Positions 37,853 to 47,550 of a stretch of DNA of 64,000 bases are shown piece after piece. The translations under genes were made by a program, and so were the position numbers. A model generated the notes under the pieces. The model did no database searches, was not told the DNA's origin, and saw nothing but the letters and a program-made list of their open reading frames with translations. The DNA comes from Parcubacteria group bacterium. GTDB lineage: Bacteria > Patescibacteriota > Minisyncoccia > 2-02-FULL-40-12. The number at the start of each line of letters is the position of its first letter. Position 1 is the first letter of the stretch. Location: the NCBI GenBank assembly GCA_016186395.1, contig JACPLU010000001.1, positions 5,036 to 69,035 of the forward strand. Reading direction: 5' to 3'.

Positions 37853-38722
37853 ATGACTAAATTTATAGAAAATAGAAAAAAGAGGCGCAAGCCGGAAAAA
37901 TCTGTTGTAGTATTTTATCATGCTGACTGCACTGATGGTTTTACTGCAGCTTGGGCCGCTTGGAAAAAGTTTGGCGATAAGGCAGAATATATTGCTCATT
38001 TTCATCAAGACGAGCCCCTTCCATTCAAAAATAAGAAGGTCTATACGTTAGATATAACTTTTCCAGAACCAGTCACTAAGAGATTAATTCGCGATAATAT
38101 TTTCGTTACCTCTATAGATCATCATAAAAGCACTAAGGATATTACTCTCTCTACTTATAAGCCTTTATTTTCTTTGGATAATTCAGGCTGCGTGTTAGCT
38201 TGGAAATATTTTCATCCCAAAAAGTCAATTCCTAAATTTTTATTAAGCGTAGAAGATTTGGATATTTGGCGGTTTAAAATTAAAGGCACTCGTGAACTGT
38301 ATGCCTATTTAGATCTTTTTGATTTTAGCTTTAAAAATTGGTCAAGCTTTGTCAGAAATTTTGAAAATAAAGAAAAGCGCAAAAAAATGCTGGATATGGG
38401 AGCAGTTATAGTTAAATATGAAAATAAAGAAATTGAACGCCAGATTAAAAAGAATGCCAGGGTAGTGAAGTTCGAGGGTTACAAGATTTATGCCGTCAAC
38501 ACTACTTTTAACACTAATTTAGTTGGAGACAGACTACGTTATTTATTGCCACCCTTTTCTGTTATGTGGAAACAAAATAATTTAGGCATGATACTTGTGT
38601 CTTTGCGTGGTGACGGGACAGTAGATACATCTTTAATCGCTAAAAAATACGGTGGCGGAGGGCATCGCGATGCCTCTGCTTTTCGCTTGCCGTCTATTAA
38701 AAACATACCTTGGACTACTTAA
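37853..38722 (+). CDS. nrnA: DHH-family phosphoesterase (NrnA-like). The probable start is ATG at 37853; the track ORF begins at 37778 inside repeat A
   Basis: VVFYHADCTDGFTAAW (DHH motif I), SIDHHKS (motif III), GGGH. Confidence 0.75.
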   Translation: MTKFIENRKKRRKPEKSVVVFYHADCTDGFTAAWAAWKKFGDKAEYIAHFHQDEPLPFKNKKVYTLDITFPEPVTKRLIRDNIFVTSIDHHKSTKDITLSTYKPLFSLDNSGCVLAWKYFHPKKSIPKFLLSVEDLDIWRFKIKGTRELYAYLDLFDFSFKNWSSFVRNFENKEKRKKMLDMGAVIVKYENKEIERQIKKNARVVKFEGYKIYAVNTTFNTNLVGDRLRYLLPPFSVMWKQNNLGMILVSLRGDGTVDTSLIAKKYGGGGHRDASAFRLPSIKNIPWTT

Positions 38723-39141
38723 TTCATACTGATGGTGGTTCGCGCGGCAATCCCGGTCCAGCCGCTATCGGGGTGGTTATTCAGTCCGCCAATAAAGGGT
38801 TAAAAAAGGAATATGGAGAATATATTGGTGAAGCAACAAATAATGTGGCTGAATACAAGGCAGTCGTTTTTGCTTTAAAAAAGTTAAAACAATTGATTGG
38901 TACCGCTAAGTCCAGTGAAGCTATGGTTCATATTCATGTTGACAGTGAGCTTTTGGCAAAACAATTAAATGGAGAGTATAAAATAAAAGAAGAAAATATC
39001 CAAAAATTGTTTTTAGAAGTTTGGAATTTGAAGACAGATTTTGAGCATGTTGAGTTTGTGCATGTTCCCAGAGAAAAAAATAAAGACGCTGATAGGATGG
39101 TAAATGCCGCGCTTGACAAAGAAGAGAACAGACTGCTATAG
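38710..39141 (+). CDS. rnhA: Ribonuclease HI
   Basis: HTDGGSRGNPGPAAIGVVI...NNVAEYKAV...D...REKNKDADRM (DEDD catalytic residues). Confidence 0.85.
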   Translation: MDYLIHTDGGSRGNPGPAAIGVVIQSANKGLKKEYGEYIGEATNNVAEYKAVVFALKKLKQLIGTAKSSEAMVHIHVDSELLAKQLNGEYKIKEENIQKLFLEVWNLKTDFEHVEFVHVPREKNKDADRMVNAALDKEENRLL

Positions 39142-39149
39142 TTTTATAT

Positions 39150-39440
39150 GGTAGATCGGGTGATTGCCTTGATGTCATAGTCAGGGAGGAAAGTCCGAAC
39201 ACTCACCTAGCGCTTTCATTGAAAGAGCTGGGTAAAATGGTAGCAGGTAACGCCTGCCATGCAAAAGCATAGAGGTGCGAACAGTGACGTCTGCGGCGCA
39301 AGCCAAAGAGAGCCCAATCCCAAGCTAGTAGGCTTAACTCCGTTATAGGGACAAAAAAACGGAGGTGAAACGAGTATTGCTATGGTAACATGGCGATCCG
39401 CTAAATCCTTACCTGGGTGCAAGATCAAACTTGATAATTT
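39150..39440 (+). ncRNA. rnpB: RNase P RNA (reduced bacterial type); boundaries approximate
   Basis: GGGAGGAAAGTCCGAAC (P4 5' strand signature), GCAGGTAACGCCTGC, GGAGGTGAAACG, AACTCCG motifs in the canonical order. Confidence 0.6.
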
Positions 39441-39550
39441 TTAAAGATTATCAAAGGAACGTAGATCGCATTGAGGCTCGATGGCGACATCGGCCCCAGA
39501 TAAATAATCACACAAATACAGAATTCGGCTTATAGATCTACCACAATCTC

Positions 39551-39577
39551 AAAGCCCCGACATTATGTCGGGGCTTT
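39551..39577 (+). terminator. Rho-independent terminator
   Basis: agccccgaca-tta-tgtcggggcttt. Confidence 0.55.
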
Positions 39578-39722
39578 GACTATCTAAATAATTTGTGGGA
39601 GATTGTTAGGTACTCAAATAATTATGAATCCCGTTAGGAGTACCCATCCAAACAATCTTCTAAAAAACAGCTATTATGAAAAATATTACCAAGTTACAAT
39701 ATAGGTTAATAATAAAACGGAT

Positions 39723-41135
39723 ATGCAAGCATATCCTACTTCTAACGGGATGAAACGCTCAGATTTTATCTTTAATATTCTACTTTTACCGGTTGATTTT
39801 GTGACGTTGATTTTAGCCGGTATATCAACCTATTTTTTGCGTACCGAGATTGTTAGTGGTTTGAGACCGGTGTTTTTTAGAATTAATTTGCCTTTTGAAA
39901 AGTACCTTCTTTTGGTCGTTGCAACAGCGGGGGTTTTCGTCATTTGTTATGCAATATCAGGTCTTTATAGTATGCGTTCGTCTCGCCGTTTTGGAGAAGA
40001 ATTTCTTAAAATAATAGTTGCTTCGTCGGCAGGTATAATGGGCATTATAGTTTACATTTTTTTAAGACAAGAACTTTTCAATTCCAGGTTTTTGGTCTTA
40101 GGTGGTTGGGTAATGGGAATAATCTTTGTCAGCCTTGGCCGCTTTGTAATGAATCGTTTGAAAAAGTTTCTTGTTTCTCATTATGATTTCGGAGTCCATA
40201 AAATCATGGTTATTGGTGACGATGATATCACAGAAAAGGTTAAGAACTTTGTTGAGCACGAACCGTCAATTGGTTACAGGTTGGTGAAACACTTGATTAA
40301 TCCGGATATAGAAGAGGTTAAGTTGGCAGTTGGAAATCCGGGAATCGACGAAGTAATTTTGGCTAATCCAAATTATCCCGCAGAAAGAGTTTTGCAGTTG
40401 GTTGATTTTTGCCACGAAAACCATATTGCTTTTAAATTTATCCCTAATTTATTTCAGACACTTACTGCTAATACTATATTGGACGATTTTGCCGGTTTGC
40501 CGATGGTGGAATTACGGAGAACAGCTTTAGACGGATGGGGTCGGGTTATAAAAAGAGCAATTGATGTTTTTGCTTCGGCTGTAGGGTTGATTATTTTATC
40601 TCCAGTACTTGGGCTTATTGCTTTTGCTATTAAGTGGGAAACCGAAGGTCCGGTTTTAGTAAGGTTGGAAAGGGTAAGCCAGAATAAAAGCCTTAGGCTT
40701 TTAAAATTCCGCTCAATGATTAAAAATGCCGAAAGATTAAAGCCTCTTTTGGCCGATTTTAACGAAAGATCTAATACTCCTTTGTTCAAAATGAGAAACG
40801 ACCCAAGACTTACCAAAGTGGGCGGATTTATAAGGAAATTCAGACTAGATGAGTTGCCCCAACTTATAAATGTTTTAAAAGGAGAAATTAGTCTTGTTGG
40901 TCCAAGGCCACATGAACCTCAAGAAATTGTACGTTATCAAAAACATCATAAAAGAGTTTTAGCCATGAAAGCTGGAGCGAGTGGTCTTGCTCAAGTATCC
41001 GGTGCTTCAGATTTAGATTTTGAAGAAGAAGTTGCTTTAGACACTTACTATATAGAACATTGGTCTTTGTGGTTAGATGTTAAAATTATTTTAAGAACCA
41101 TTGGCAAAATGTTTTTTGATAGGTCTGCAGTCTAA
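39723..41135 (+). CDS. Polyprenyl-phosphate sugar phosphotransferase (WbaP/bacterial sugar transferase family)
   Basis: N-terminal TM segments plus the C-terminal sugar transferase domain (KFRSM...DELPQLINVLKGEISLVGPRP). Confidence 0.85.
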   Translation: MQAYPTSNGMKRSDFIFNILLLPVDFVTLILAGISTYFLRTEIVSGLRPVFFRINLPFEKYLLLVVATAGVFVICYAISGLYSMRSSRRFGEEFLKIIVASSAGIMGIIVYIFLRQELFNSRFLVLGGWVMGIIFVSLGRFVMNRLKKFLVSHYDFGVHKIMVIGDDDITEKVKNFVEHEPSIGYRLVKHLINPDIEEVKLAVGNPGIDEVILANPNYPAERVLQLVDFCHENHIAFKFIPNLFQTLTANTILDDFAGLPMVELRRTALDGWGRVIKRAIDVFASAVGLIILSPVLGLIAFAIKWETEGPVLVRLERVSQNKSLRLLKFRSMIKNAERLKPLLADFNERSNTPLFKMRNDPRLTKVGGFIRKFRLDELPQLINVLKGEISLVGPRPHEPQEIVRYQKHHKRVLAMKAGASGLAQVSGASDLDFEEEVALDTYYIEHWSLWLDVKIILRTIGKMFFDRSAV

Positions 41136-41166
41136 GTGTGTGGAGTTAACTCCGAGGAGGAGTTGA

Positions 41167-41195
41167 CAGAGTTGTCTTGAAAATGTACACTATCT
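41167..41195 (+). promoter_or_regulatory. Sigma-70-like promoter (TTGACA-N17-TACACT) preceded by the palindrome GGAGTTAACTCC
   Basis: gagttgacagagttgtcttgaaaatgtacact lies directly upstream of ORF 41196. Confidence 0.4.
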
Positions 41196-41462
41196 ATGTA
41201 TATTAACAATTTAGGAGATCGTGAAATGATTAAAGGGACTTATGTTATATGTTTTGCAAATGGTAACGAACTTACTCTTAATGACGCTAATTGTGATTCA
41301 CAGCACGCAATGACTACATTTGAACAAATTAGAAAAGTAGCAAGTCTTTTTCCAAATGCTCCTGGGTATTTGCCGGTGCATCTTGTGAGGAGGGTGGAAA
41401 TTTTTGGATCTTTTGGATCAATTTTCGGATCTGTTGGGTCATATGAAGTAACTGTTATTTAG
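41196..41462 (+). CDS. Hypothetical small protein with a C-terminal FGS(I/V)GS repeat
   Basis: 88 aa; ends ...EIFGSFGSIFGSVGSYEVTVI. Confidence 0.4.
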   Translation: MYINNLGDREMIKGTYVICFANGNELTLNDANCDSQHAMTTFEQIRKVASLFPNAPGYLPVHLVRRVEIFGSFGSIFGSVGSYEVTVI

Positions 41463-41485
41463 TTTCTCGTTTTGTCAATTGAACC

Positions 41486-41512
41486 CATTGCGGGTTTTTT
41501 TGTTTGCCTATA
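41486..41512 (+). terminator. Rho-independent terminator
   Basis: aaccc-attgc-gggtt followed by ttttttg. Confidence 0.55.
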
Positions 41513-41541
41513 TTTTATTTTTTGTGCTAACTTCATAAGAC

Positions 41542-42645
41542 ATGAGAATTGCTATTGTTCACGATTATTTAACTCAATTTGGAGGAGCAGAACGGGTTTT
41601 GATGGCGTTATCGGAAATTTTTCCAGAGGCTCCTATTTTTACTTTGCTTTATAACGAGCATTTAACCGGCCATGTTTTTAAAGATAAACAGATTCATACC
41701 TCTTTTCTTCAAAAATTGCCATGGTCGCATAAAATTTTCCGGTTTTTGCCGTGGCTTATGCCATTGGCTATTGAACAATTTGACTTGGCTTCGTTTGACG
41801 TAGTGATTTCGATTTCAACCTCTTATGCCAAGGGCATTTTGACCAAACCTTACACTAGACACATTTCTTACTGTTCGACTCCACCTAGATATTTATGGCA
41901 TGAAACTCACGAGAGTTTAGACGAATTTGCTGTTCCAGATTTTGTAAAACCATTTATTCCGATGATTTTAAGTTATCTAAGAGTATGGGACTTTGATGCT
42001 TCATCGAGGGTAGATGATTTTATTGCTAATTCAGAGAATGTAAAACAAAGAATCAAAAAATATTACAATCGTGATTCGTTTGTTATTCATCCGCCGGTTG
42101 AGGCAGAAAAATTTGTTCTATCCAGTGAACCAAGGGAGTATTTTTTAATGGTTGGGCGGATGGTTCCCTATAAGCGTTTTGATATTGTAGTTCAGGCGTT
42201 TCAAGCTCCAAGTTTTAAGTTGCAAGATTCAAAACTTTTGATAATCGGTGACGGGCCGGAACGACAATATTTGAAAAGACTTGCCAGTGGTTCGCGTAAT
42301 ATTCATTTTCTTGGTTTAGTTTCTGACTCAAAACTACCGCAATATTATGCTAGAGCTAAAGCAGTTATATTCCCTCAAGAGGAAGATTTTGGGATCGTAC
42401 CGTTAGAGGCTATGGCTTCTGGTACGCCGGTTATTGCATATCGGGCTGGCGGAGTACTCGAAACAGTAATAGAAGATAAAACGGGATTGTTTTTTGATGA
42501 CCAAACTCCGGAATCGCTCAAAAATGCGATAATAAAATTTGAAAGCATGAAGTTCGATCCCGAACAAATCCGTTTGCATGCTTTGAAATGGGATAAAAGC
42601 ATTTTTCAAACTAAAATAAAAAAATATATAGAGATATGGGGATAG
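41542..42645 (+). CDS. Family 4 glycosyltransferase (GT-B, group 1)
   Basis: C-terminal EDFGIVPLEAMASGTPVIA motif. Confidence 0.85.
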   Translation: MRIAIVHDYLTQFGGAERVLMALSEIFPEAPIFTLLYNEHLTGHVFKDKQIHTSFLQKLPWSHKIFRFLPWLMPLAIEQFDLASFDVVISISTSYAKGILTKPYTRHISYCSTPPRYLWHETHESLDEFAVPDFVKPFIPMILSYLRVWDFDASSRVDDFIANSENVKQRIKKYYNRDSFVIHPPVEAEKFVLSSEPREYFLMVGRMVPYKRFDIVVQAFQAPSFKLQDSKLLIIGDGPERQYLKRLASGSRNIHFLGLVSDSKLPQYYARAKAVIFPQEEDFGIVPLEAMASGTPVIAYRAGGVLETVIEDKTGLFFDDQTPESLKNAIIKFESMKFDPEQIRLHALKWDKSIFQTKIKKYIEIWG

Positions 42646-42712
42646 GCTTGTGTTAACAGCCATTTTTTGTTATACTGTTTTTTATTAGTACATTTCTAGA
42701 TCGGAGAGTAAG

Positions 42713-42934
42713 ATGGACGCAAGAAGGATTAAAACGACAAATTTCATAATTAAATGCTTGTGTCTGGTTTTATTGGGGATGACCTTAAGTTCTTTCTATA
42801 TTCATCTTACAAACAAAGCATGGGTTTATCCAGCGTTAATAATTCTGTTGCTAGTTGTCTATGGTTTCTTAGTCAAAAAAAGAAATAAGTTGACTCAAGC
42901 TGAAGTTGAATATTGGCAAGGAAGAGATTATTAG
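42713..42934 (+). CDS. Small hypothetical membrane protein
   Basis: 73 aa, two hydrophobic segments. Confidence 0.35.
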   Translation: MDARRIKTTNFIIKCLCLVLLGMTLSSFYIHLTNKAWVYPALIILLLVVYGFLVKKRNKLTQAEVEYWQGRDY

Positions 42935-43108
42935 GTTTAACTATTAGGGACTTGTAGAAATGCGACCTTTTCGTCGCTTTTTTTAATGCTTTGATTCTGT
43001 TATCGTAAACATATTCTAATGATTATTTATATACTCAACTTGATAGTTTAATTCCTTTTTGGTACTTTCTAGCTGCACATTTAAAACTTCTAATGGAGGG
43101 TTTGTTGG

Positions 43109-43969
43109 GTGAAAGTAAAAGAATTAGGTATTAAAAAAACTGAAATTTTAATCGATTATGATTATGTTTGGGGTTTACTTAATAGGTCGGGTTTAAATGT
43201 AAGTTTTTCTAGGCCCGAAATATATGTTGGCAGTGAACATGTAGATAAATTTTTTGAGATTGCCTCACAAAAATCCTTAGTTGTGGCTAACTCTACGGAG
43301 GCTGTTTATGATTGGAAGGCAGATGCTATTTATATAAATGATGAATTAATTAATGGCGCAGGGTATAGTAGGTCCAATCTTTGTTCAAGTAGGCGTCTTG
43401 TTTTACTTCACGAATTAATTCATGCTTTTTTGTTTCACAATAATAAAAGATTCGGTGAAGAACAGGATGCTTTGACAAAATCTGAAAATAAGAGGTCTCA
43501 AGAAAGAGGCTGGGTCTATACAGTTTTTGATGAAGGCTTCGCTATAAGACTGACAGAATTAATACTAACCTTTTGGTCTGATGTTCAGGATGGAGAGTTT
43601 GCTTCCTCGTTAGCACTTATCTTAAAAGATGAATATAGAGAATTAAAATCGGATAAAGATTTTAGGTTACGTGCTTTGATATTGAAACTTCCGTGGCCTG
43701 AATCTGGTTGGAAAAAAGTGGCTTTGCGGTGGTTTGAAAAACATCCGCATGGTCTTTATGGTCTTAGTTATGTTTTGGGATATAATTTTACGGAACATAT
43801 TATTCAGGATTTGAATAAGAACTCTATTGATATGGTTAGTAGAATTGTTGAAACTCCACCTAGCCGTGTTGAACATATTTTGTATCCGCAAAGATATTTA
43901 AGCCAAAAAGTCTTTCCAAAAATGCAAAAATCAATAGGACAAAATAGAAATCCTCACAGCAAGCTGTGA
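43109..43969 (+). CDS. Hypothetical protein with an HExxH zinc-metallopeptidase-like motif (GTG start, good RBS GGAGGG)
   Basis: ...DAIYINDELINGAGYSR...RRLVLLHELIHAFLFH. The pattern resembles DUF4157-type metallopeptidase domains, but this cannot be confirmed without a profile search. Confidence 0.55.
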   Translation: MKVKELGIKKTEILIDYDYVWGLLNRSGLNVSFSRPEIYVGSEHVDKFFEIASQKSLVVANSTEAVYDWKADAIYINDELINGAGYSRSNLCSSRRLVLLHELIHAFLFHNNKRFGEEQDALTKSENKRSQERGWVYTVFDEGFAIRLTELILTFWSDVQDGEFASSLALILKDEYRELKSDKDFRLRALILKLPWPESGWKKVALRWFEKHPHGLYGLSYVLGYNFTEHIIQDLNKNSIDMVSRIVETPPSRVEHILYPQRYLSQKVFPKMQKSIGQNRNPHSKL

Positions 43970-44039
43970 GATACTCTCAAAAAGAGTACCCTACGCAATT
44001 TTTAAAAATAAATGATGTTTTTCAAACCTTTCAAAAATT

Positions 44040-44150
44040 GCTGGATTTATGTTATTTCCTCCGCTTCGTCGAGCTAAGCTCGACTTTGCTTCGGGCTTGC
44101 ATTCATCCCCACGGCAAGCCTGCCTATCGGCAGACAGGCCGCGGGAAGAA
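44040..44150 (+). other. GC-rich multi-hairpin 3' region of ORF 43109
   Basis: gtcgagc-taa-gctcgac, ggcttgc-N13-gcaagcc, gcctg...caggc. Composition is strongly atypical for the locus. Confidence 0.4.
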
Positions 44151-44155
44151 ATAAT

Positions 44156-44180
44156 AAAGCGACCTAATAGGTCGCTTTTT
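44156..44180 (+). terminator. Rho-independent terminator
   Basis: aaagcgacc-taat-aggtcgcttttt. Confidence 0.7.
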
Positions 44181-44214
44181 AAAATTTCATTATTTTGGTA
44201 CATTAAAAGGCACA

Positions 44215-46098
44215 ATGAGTGATTCAAATATCCGTAATTTCTGCATTATTGCTCACGTGGACCATGGAAAGTCGACCCTTGCGGATCGGCTTTTAGAATT
44301 AACTGGTACTATAGATAAACGCAAGATGCATGATCAATTTCTAGATATGCATCCGCTTGAACAAGAGCGGGGTATTACTATAAAACTTCAGCCTGTGAAA
44401 ATGATTTATAAATTGCCTAAAGACGAAAGACTAAAGACTAAAGAAGAAATTTACTCTGGCGTTAGTCACTTGACCTTAGACGTTGGTCAAGATTCAGAAT
44501 TTATTCTGAATCTTATTGACACACCAGGACATGTCGATTTTTCTTATGAAGTTTCTCGTTCACTTGCTGCAGTGGAAGGGGCAGTTTTGTTGGTTGATGC
44601 GACCCAAGGGGTACAGGCTCAAACTTTAGCTAATTTTAATTTAGCCAAAGAACAAAAATTAGATATTATTCCGGTTCTTAATAAAATCGATTTGCCAACT
44701 GCCAGAGTTCAGGAGTCAGAGGAACAACTGGAGTCTCTTTTGGCTAGTTATGAAAATGTCTATAAGGTTGACGGGGAAATTTTAAAAATTTCTGGGAAAC
44801 TTGGAACTAATGTAGATAAACTCTTGGGGGCAATAATTAAAAACATCAGATCACCAAAGACGGATATTAAAATACCTCTTAAAGCATTAATCTTTGATTC
44901 TCTGTTTGATCCTTATCGGGGGGTAATAGCTTATGTAAGAGTTTTTGAAGGACAGGTTAAACCTGGCGATAGTATTTTTCTTTCTGCGCAGAAAACAAAA
45001 AGTGAAGTTGTAGAAGTTGGTATTTTTGCTCCGGCACTAAAAAAAGAGGAATTATTGTTGGCTGGAGAAATTGGCTATATTGCGACCGGTCTAAAAGATA
45101 TTTCAAAAGTAAAAGTTGGAGATACAATAACCATTTATCCCCAACCGTCTGAATTTAAAGCGCTGGCCGGTTATAAAGAATGCCAGCCTTTAGTTTTTGC
45201 AAGTTTATTTCCCAGAAATCAAGACGATTTTGAATCAACTAGAGACGCATTAAATAAACTTAAACTTCAGGACGCAGCATTGCTATTTGAGCCTGAAAGC
45301 TCGTCTGGTTTAGGAAGGGGGTTTAGATGTGGTTTTCTTGGGCTTTTACACGCCGAGATTGTAGGAGAAAGATTGAAACGTGATTTTGGATTAGATCTTA
45401 TAATTTCAACTCCGTCCGTCCAATATCAAATAACTTTAATGAATGACGAAAGATTTATTATTCATTCGGCGTCTAAATTACCTGATCCAAGTAGGGTTAA
45501 ATTTATAGAAGAGCCGATTGTAAAACTTGAAATTTTAACTCCCCAAAGTTATGTGAGCCAGATTTTAGACTTAATCAAAGAGTACAGAGGGCAGTATGTT
45601 GATTCAAATTATTTAGCTGCCGATACTATAATTTTGCAGGCTAATGCCCCGTTGGCAGATATGATTGTAGATTTTTATGATAGGCTAAAAAGTGTTAGTT
45701 CTGGGTATGCGTCTTTAAGTTATGACCTCATCGGTTATAAAATAGAGAAGCTTACCCGTTTGGATATTTTGGTAGCAGGGGATATGGTTGAGCCTTTTTC
45801 AAGAATCGTACCAGAGATTAAGATTCACCAAGAAGCAAAAAGAATCGTTGAAAAATTAAAACAGTTAATCCCCCCTCAACTTTTTGAGGTTGCGATTCAA
45901 GCTGCTATAGGGGGTAAAATTATAGCTCGAGAAACACTACGTGCTAGGCGCAAAGATGTTACTGGTTATCTGTATGGTGGAGATGTAACCAGAAAAATGA
46001 AGCTTTTAAAGAAGCAAAAACGCGGCAAGGAAAGATTGAAAGAATCAGGCCGCGTTAATATTCCTCAAGAAGTATTTTTAGAGATGTTAAAACGCTAA
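44215..46098 (+). CDS. lepA: Elongation factor 4 (LepA)
   Basis: [23 protein letters not shown], and the LepA-specific C-terminal domain. Confidence 0.95.
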   Translation: MSDSNIRNFCIIAHVDHGKSTLADRLLELTGTIDKRKMHDQFLDMHPLEQERGITIKLQPVKMIYKLPKDERLKTKEEIYSGVSHLTLDVGQDSEFILNLIDTPGHVDFSYEVSRSLAAVEGAVLLVDATQGVQAQTLANFNLAKEQKLDIIPVLNKIDLPTARVQESEEQLESLLASYENVYKVDGEILKISGKLGTNVDKLLGAIIKNIRSPKTDIKIPLKALIFDSLFDPYRGVIAYVRVFEGQVKPGDSIFLSAQKTKSEVVEVGIFAPALKKEELLLAGEIGYIATGLKDISKVKVGDTITIYPQPSEFKALAGYKECQPLVFASLFPRNQDDFESTRDALNKLKLQDAALLFEPESSSGLGRGFRCGFLGLLHAEIVGERLKRDFGLDLIISTPSVQYQITLMNDERFIIHSASKLPDPSRVKFIEEPIVKLEILTPQSYVSQILDLIKEYRGQYVDSNYLAADTIILQANAPLADMIVDFYDRLKSVSSGYASLSYDLIGYKIEKLTRLDILVAGDMVEPFSRIVPEIKIHQEAKRIVEKLKQLIPPQLFEVAIQAAIGGKIIARETLRARRKDVTGYLYGGDVTRKMKLLKKQKRGKERLKESGRVNIPQEVFLEMLKR

Positions 46099-46170
46099 CC
46101 CCGCACCTTTGTGGTGAAAGTCACTAAAGCGACGTAATTTGCCTCGGGCAGTTACCACAAAGGTGCAGGG
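46099..46170 (+). other. Long hairpin (13-bp perfect stem, 39-nt loop) immediately after lepA, not followed by a T-run
   Basis: gcacctttgtggt (46102-46114) pairs with accacaaaggtgc (46154-46166). Confidence 0.5.
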
Positions 46171-46317
46171 CTAATTGGTACTAGAATAGAAGAAGGGTGT
46201 AAAATAAAACCATACTGATTGCTATGAGTATGACCAGAATAGTCCAAACTATCTTTAGTTTCTTATTGTAGAAATATTGAAGCATTACCTTATTCTGCCA
46301 TGGGCAGAATAAAAGTC

Positions 46318-46420
46318 AAAGGTCAAAACGCAAAAGGCAAAACCGCAACTCAAAAGTTAAATTTTAATTTTTGATTTGTATTTTTGAATTTAGATTTTTG
46401 AGTTTTGAATTATTTCTTTG
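46318..46420. repeat. Family C repeat
   Basis: gtcaaaggtcaaaacgcaaaaggcaaaacc...tttttgatttgtatttttgaatttagatttttgagttttgaatt. Confidence 0.7.
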
Positions 46421-46768
46421 TTTCGCTCCCCAATCTTTACAATTTTGCTATTAGTGGGTATTGGTTTTGTGGTATCCGCAATCATTAAAAACCGACCTTA
46501 TAGTTTAGAAATTGAATCAAGCCTTAATAATGTTCAAGGTCAGTTTAAAAAACTGGAGGATCAACAGAAGAACCTTGATAAGTTAGTGGATTATTTTAAA
46601 AGTATTTCTTTTCAGGAGAAAGAAGCTAGAATTAAATATAATTTAAAAAAACCAGGTGAGGAAGTTTTTATCATAAAAAAAGAAGGTTCTGAAGAACTGG
46701 ATCAAAGTGCTGAAGTTAAAAACAGTTTTTGGGGTAGTATTAAGAACTGGTTTAGTAAAATATTTTGA
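46418..46768 (+). CDS. Septum formation initiator family protein (FtsB/DivIC-like)
   Basis: N-terminal TM, then a coiled coil, then EKEARIKYNLKKPGEEVFIIK, which matches the FtsB/DivIC signature. Confidence 0.65.
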   Translation: MFRSPIFTILLLVGIGFVVSAIIKNRPYSLEIESSLNNVQGQFKKLEDQQKNLDKLVDYFKSISFQEKEARIKYNLKKPGEEVFIIKKEGSEELDQSAEVKNSFWGSIKNWFSKIF

Positions 46769-46769
46769 T

Positions 46770-46840
46770 GCGGGATTAGTACAGTGGTAGTACATCTGCT
46801 TCCCAAGCAGAGGGCGCGAGTTCGATTCTCGTATCCCGCT
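46770..46840 (+). tRNA. tRNA-Gly (anticodon CCC)
   Basis: Acceptor GCGGGAT/ATCCCGC, D-stem GTAC/GTAC, anticodon stem TCTGC/GCAGA with loop TTCCCAA, T-arm GCGAG-TTCGATT-CTCGT, discriminator T, then a T-run. Confidence 0.85.
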
Positions 46841-46963
46841 TTTTTTATGTTTAGATGCAATATTTTTTTAGGTGTTTTTGGTTTTGCGCTGACAATTATT
46901 AAACCTATTTATGTTTTATTGACAATTTATTTTATTGTAGAATGACATTTTATTTGGGCTAGT

Positions 46964-47422
46964 TTGTTGATTCTAGTTATTGTAGTTTCGGATATACTAG
47001 ATGGTGTACTTTTTAGAATGTCTAATTTTAGAAGTAATGTTCGTTTAACAAAGTTGCGACGTATTTTTGATATAGTCGGAGACCGTATCGCTATAGATGG
47101 AGTTATGATAACTCTTATATTTTATACCCAGCTTCCGTCGCATTATTATTTTATAGAGTTAATAAGAGAAATTATTCTAATTGTTGTAGTAATTTGGAGT
47201 TATATGATTCATAATCCTTTAAAAGAACCAAATTTACCTTCACGTTTATCGGCATTTTGCGCGGGGGGAGTGGCAATAGCATGGTTAAATTCTTTTCTAT
47301 TTTTATCAAATCTATTTTTAGTGGGTTTAGTGGTTTTAGGAGTTTGGGGAATTTTTATTTATTATAAAACTATAAAACTTGGTTCTATCCTCGTCACCTC
47401 AAATACATACCCCTTTTCGTGA
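46964..47422 (+). CDS. Hypothetical membrane protein (TTG start); weak CDP-alcohol phosphatidyltransferase-like D-G...R...G...D...D spacing
   Basis: DILDGVLFR...FDIVGDRIAIDG plus three or four TM segments. Confidence 0.35.
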   Translation: MLILVIVVSDILDGVLFRMSNFRSNVRLTKLRRIFDIVGDRIAIDGVMITLIFYTQLPSHYYFIELIREIILIVVVIWSYMIHNPLKEPNLPSRLSAFCAGGVAIAWLNSFLFLSNLFLVGLVVLGVWGIFIYYKTIKLGSILVTSNTYPFS

Positions 47423-47550
47423 ATATTCCTCTGCCTATTGGGCGGAATCAGTATGCTTATTATCAGACGACTTAAATTTAAGAAGGCATTGATTTAATAA
47501 TAATCTAGTGCTACCATTTTGGCAGAATGATTTACAATTAGGAGTTATTT

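Noticed and set aside
43966-44227. Track ORFs 43966-44154(+) and 43991-44227(-)
   Set aside because: They overlap the GC-rich hairpin region and terminator. Mutually antisense, no RBS; the structure explains the open frames.
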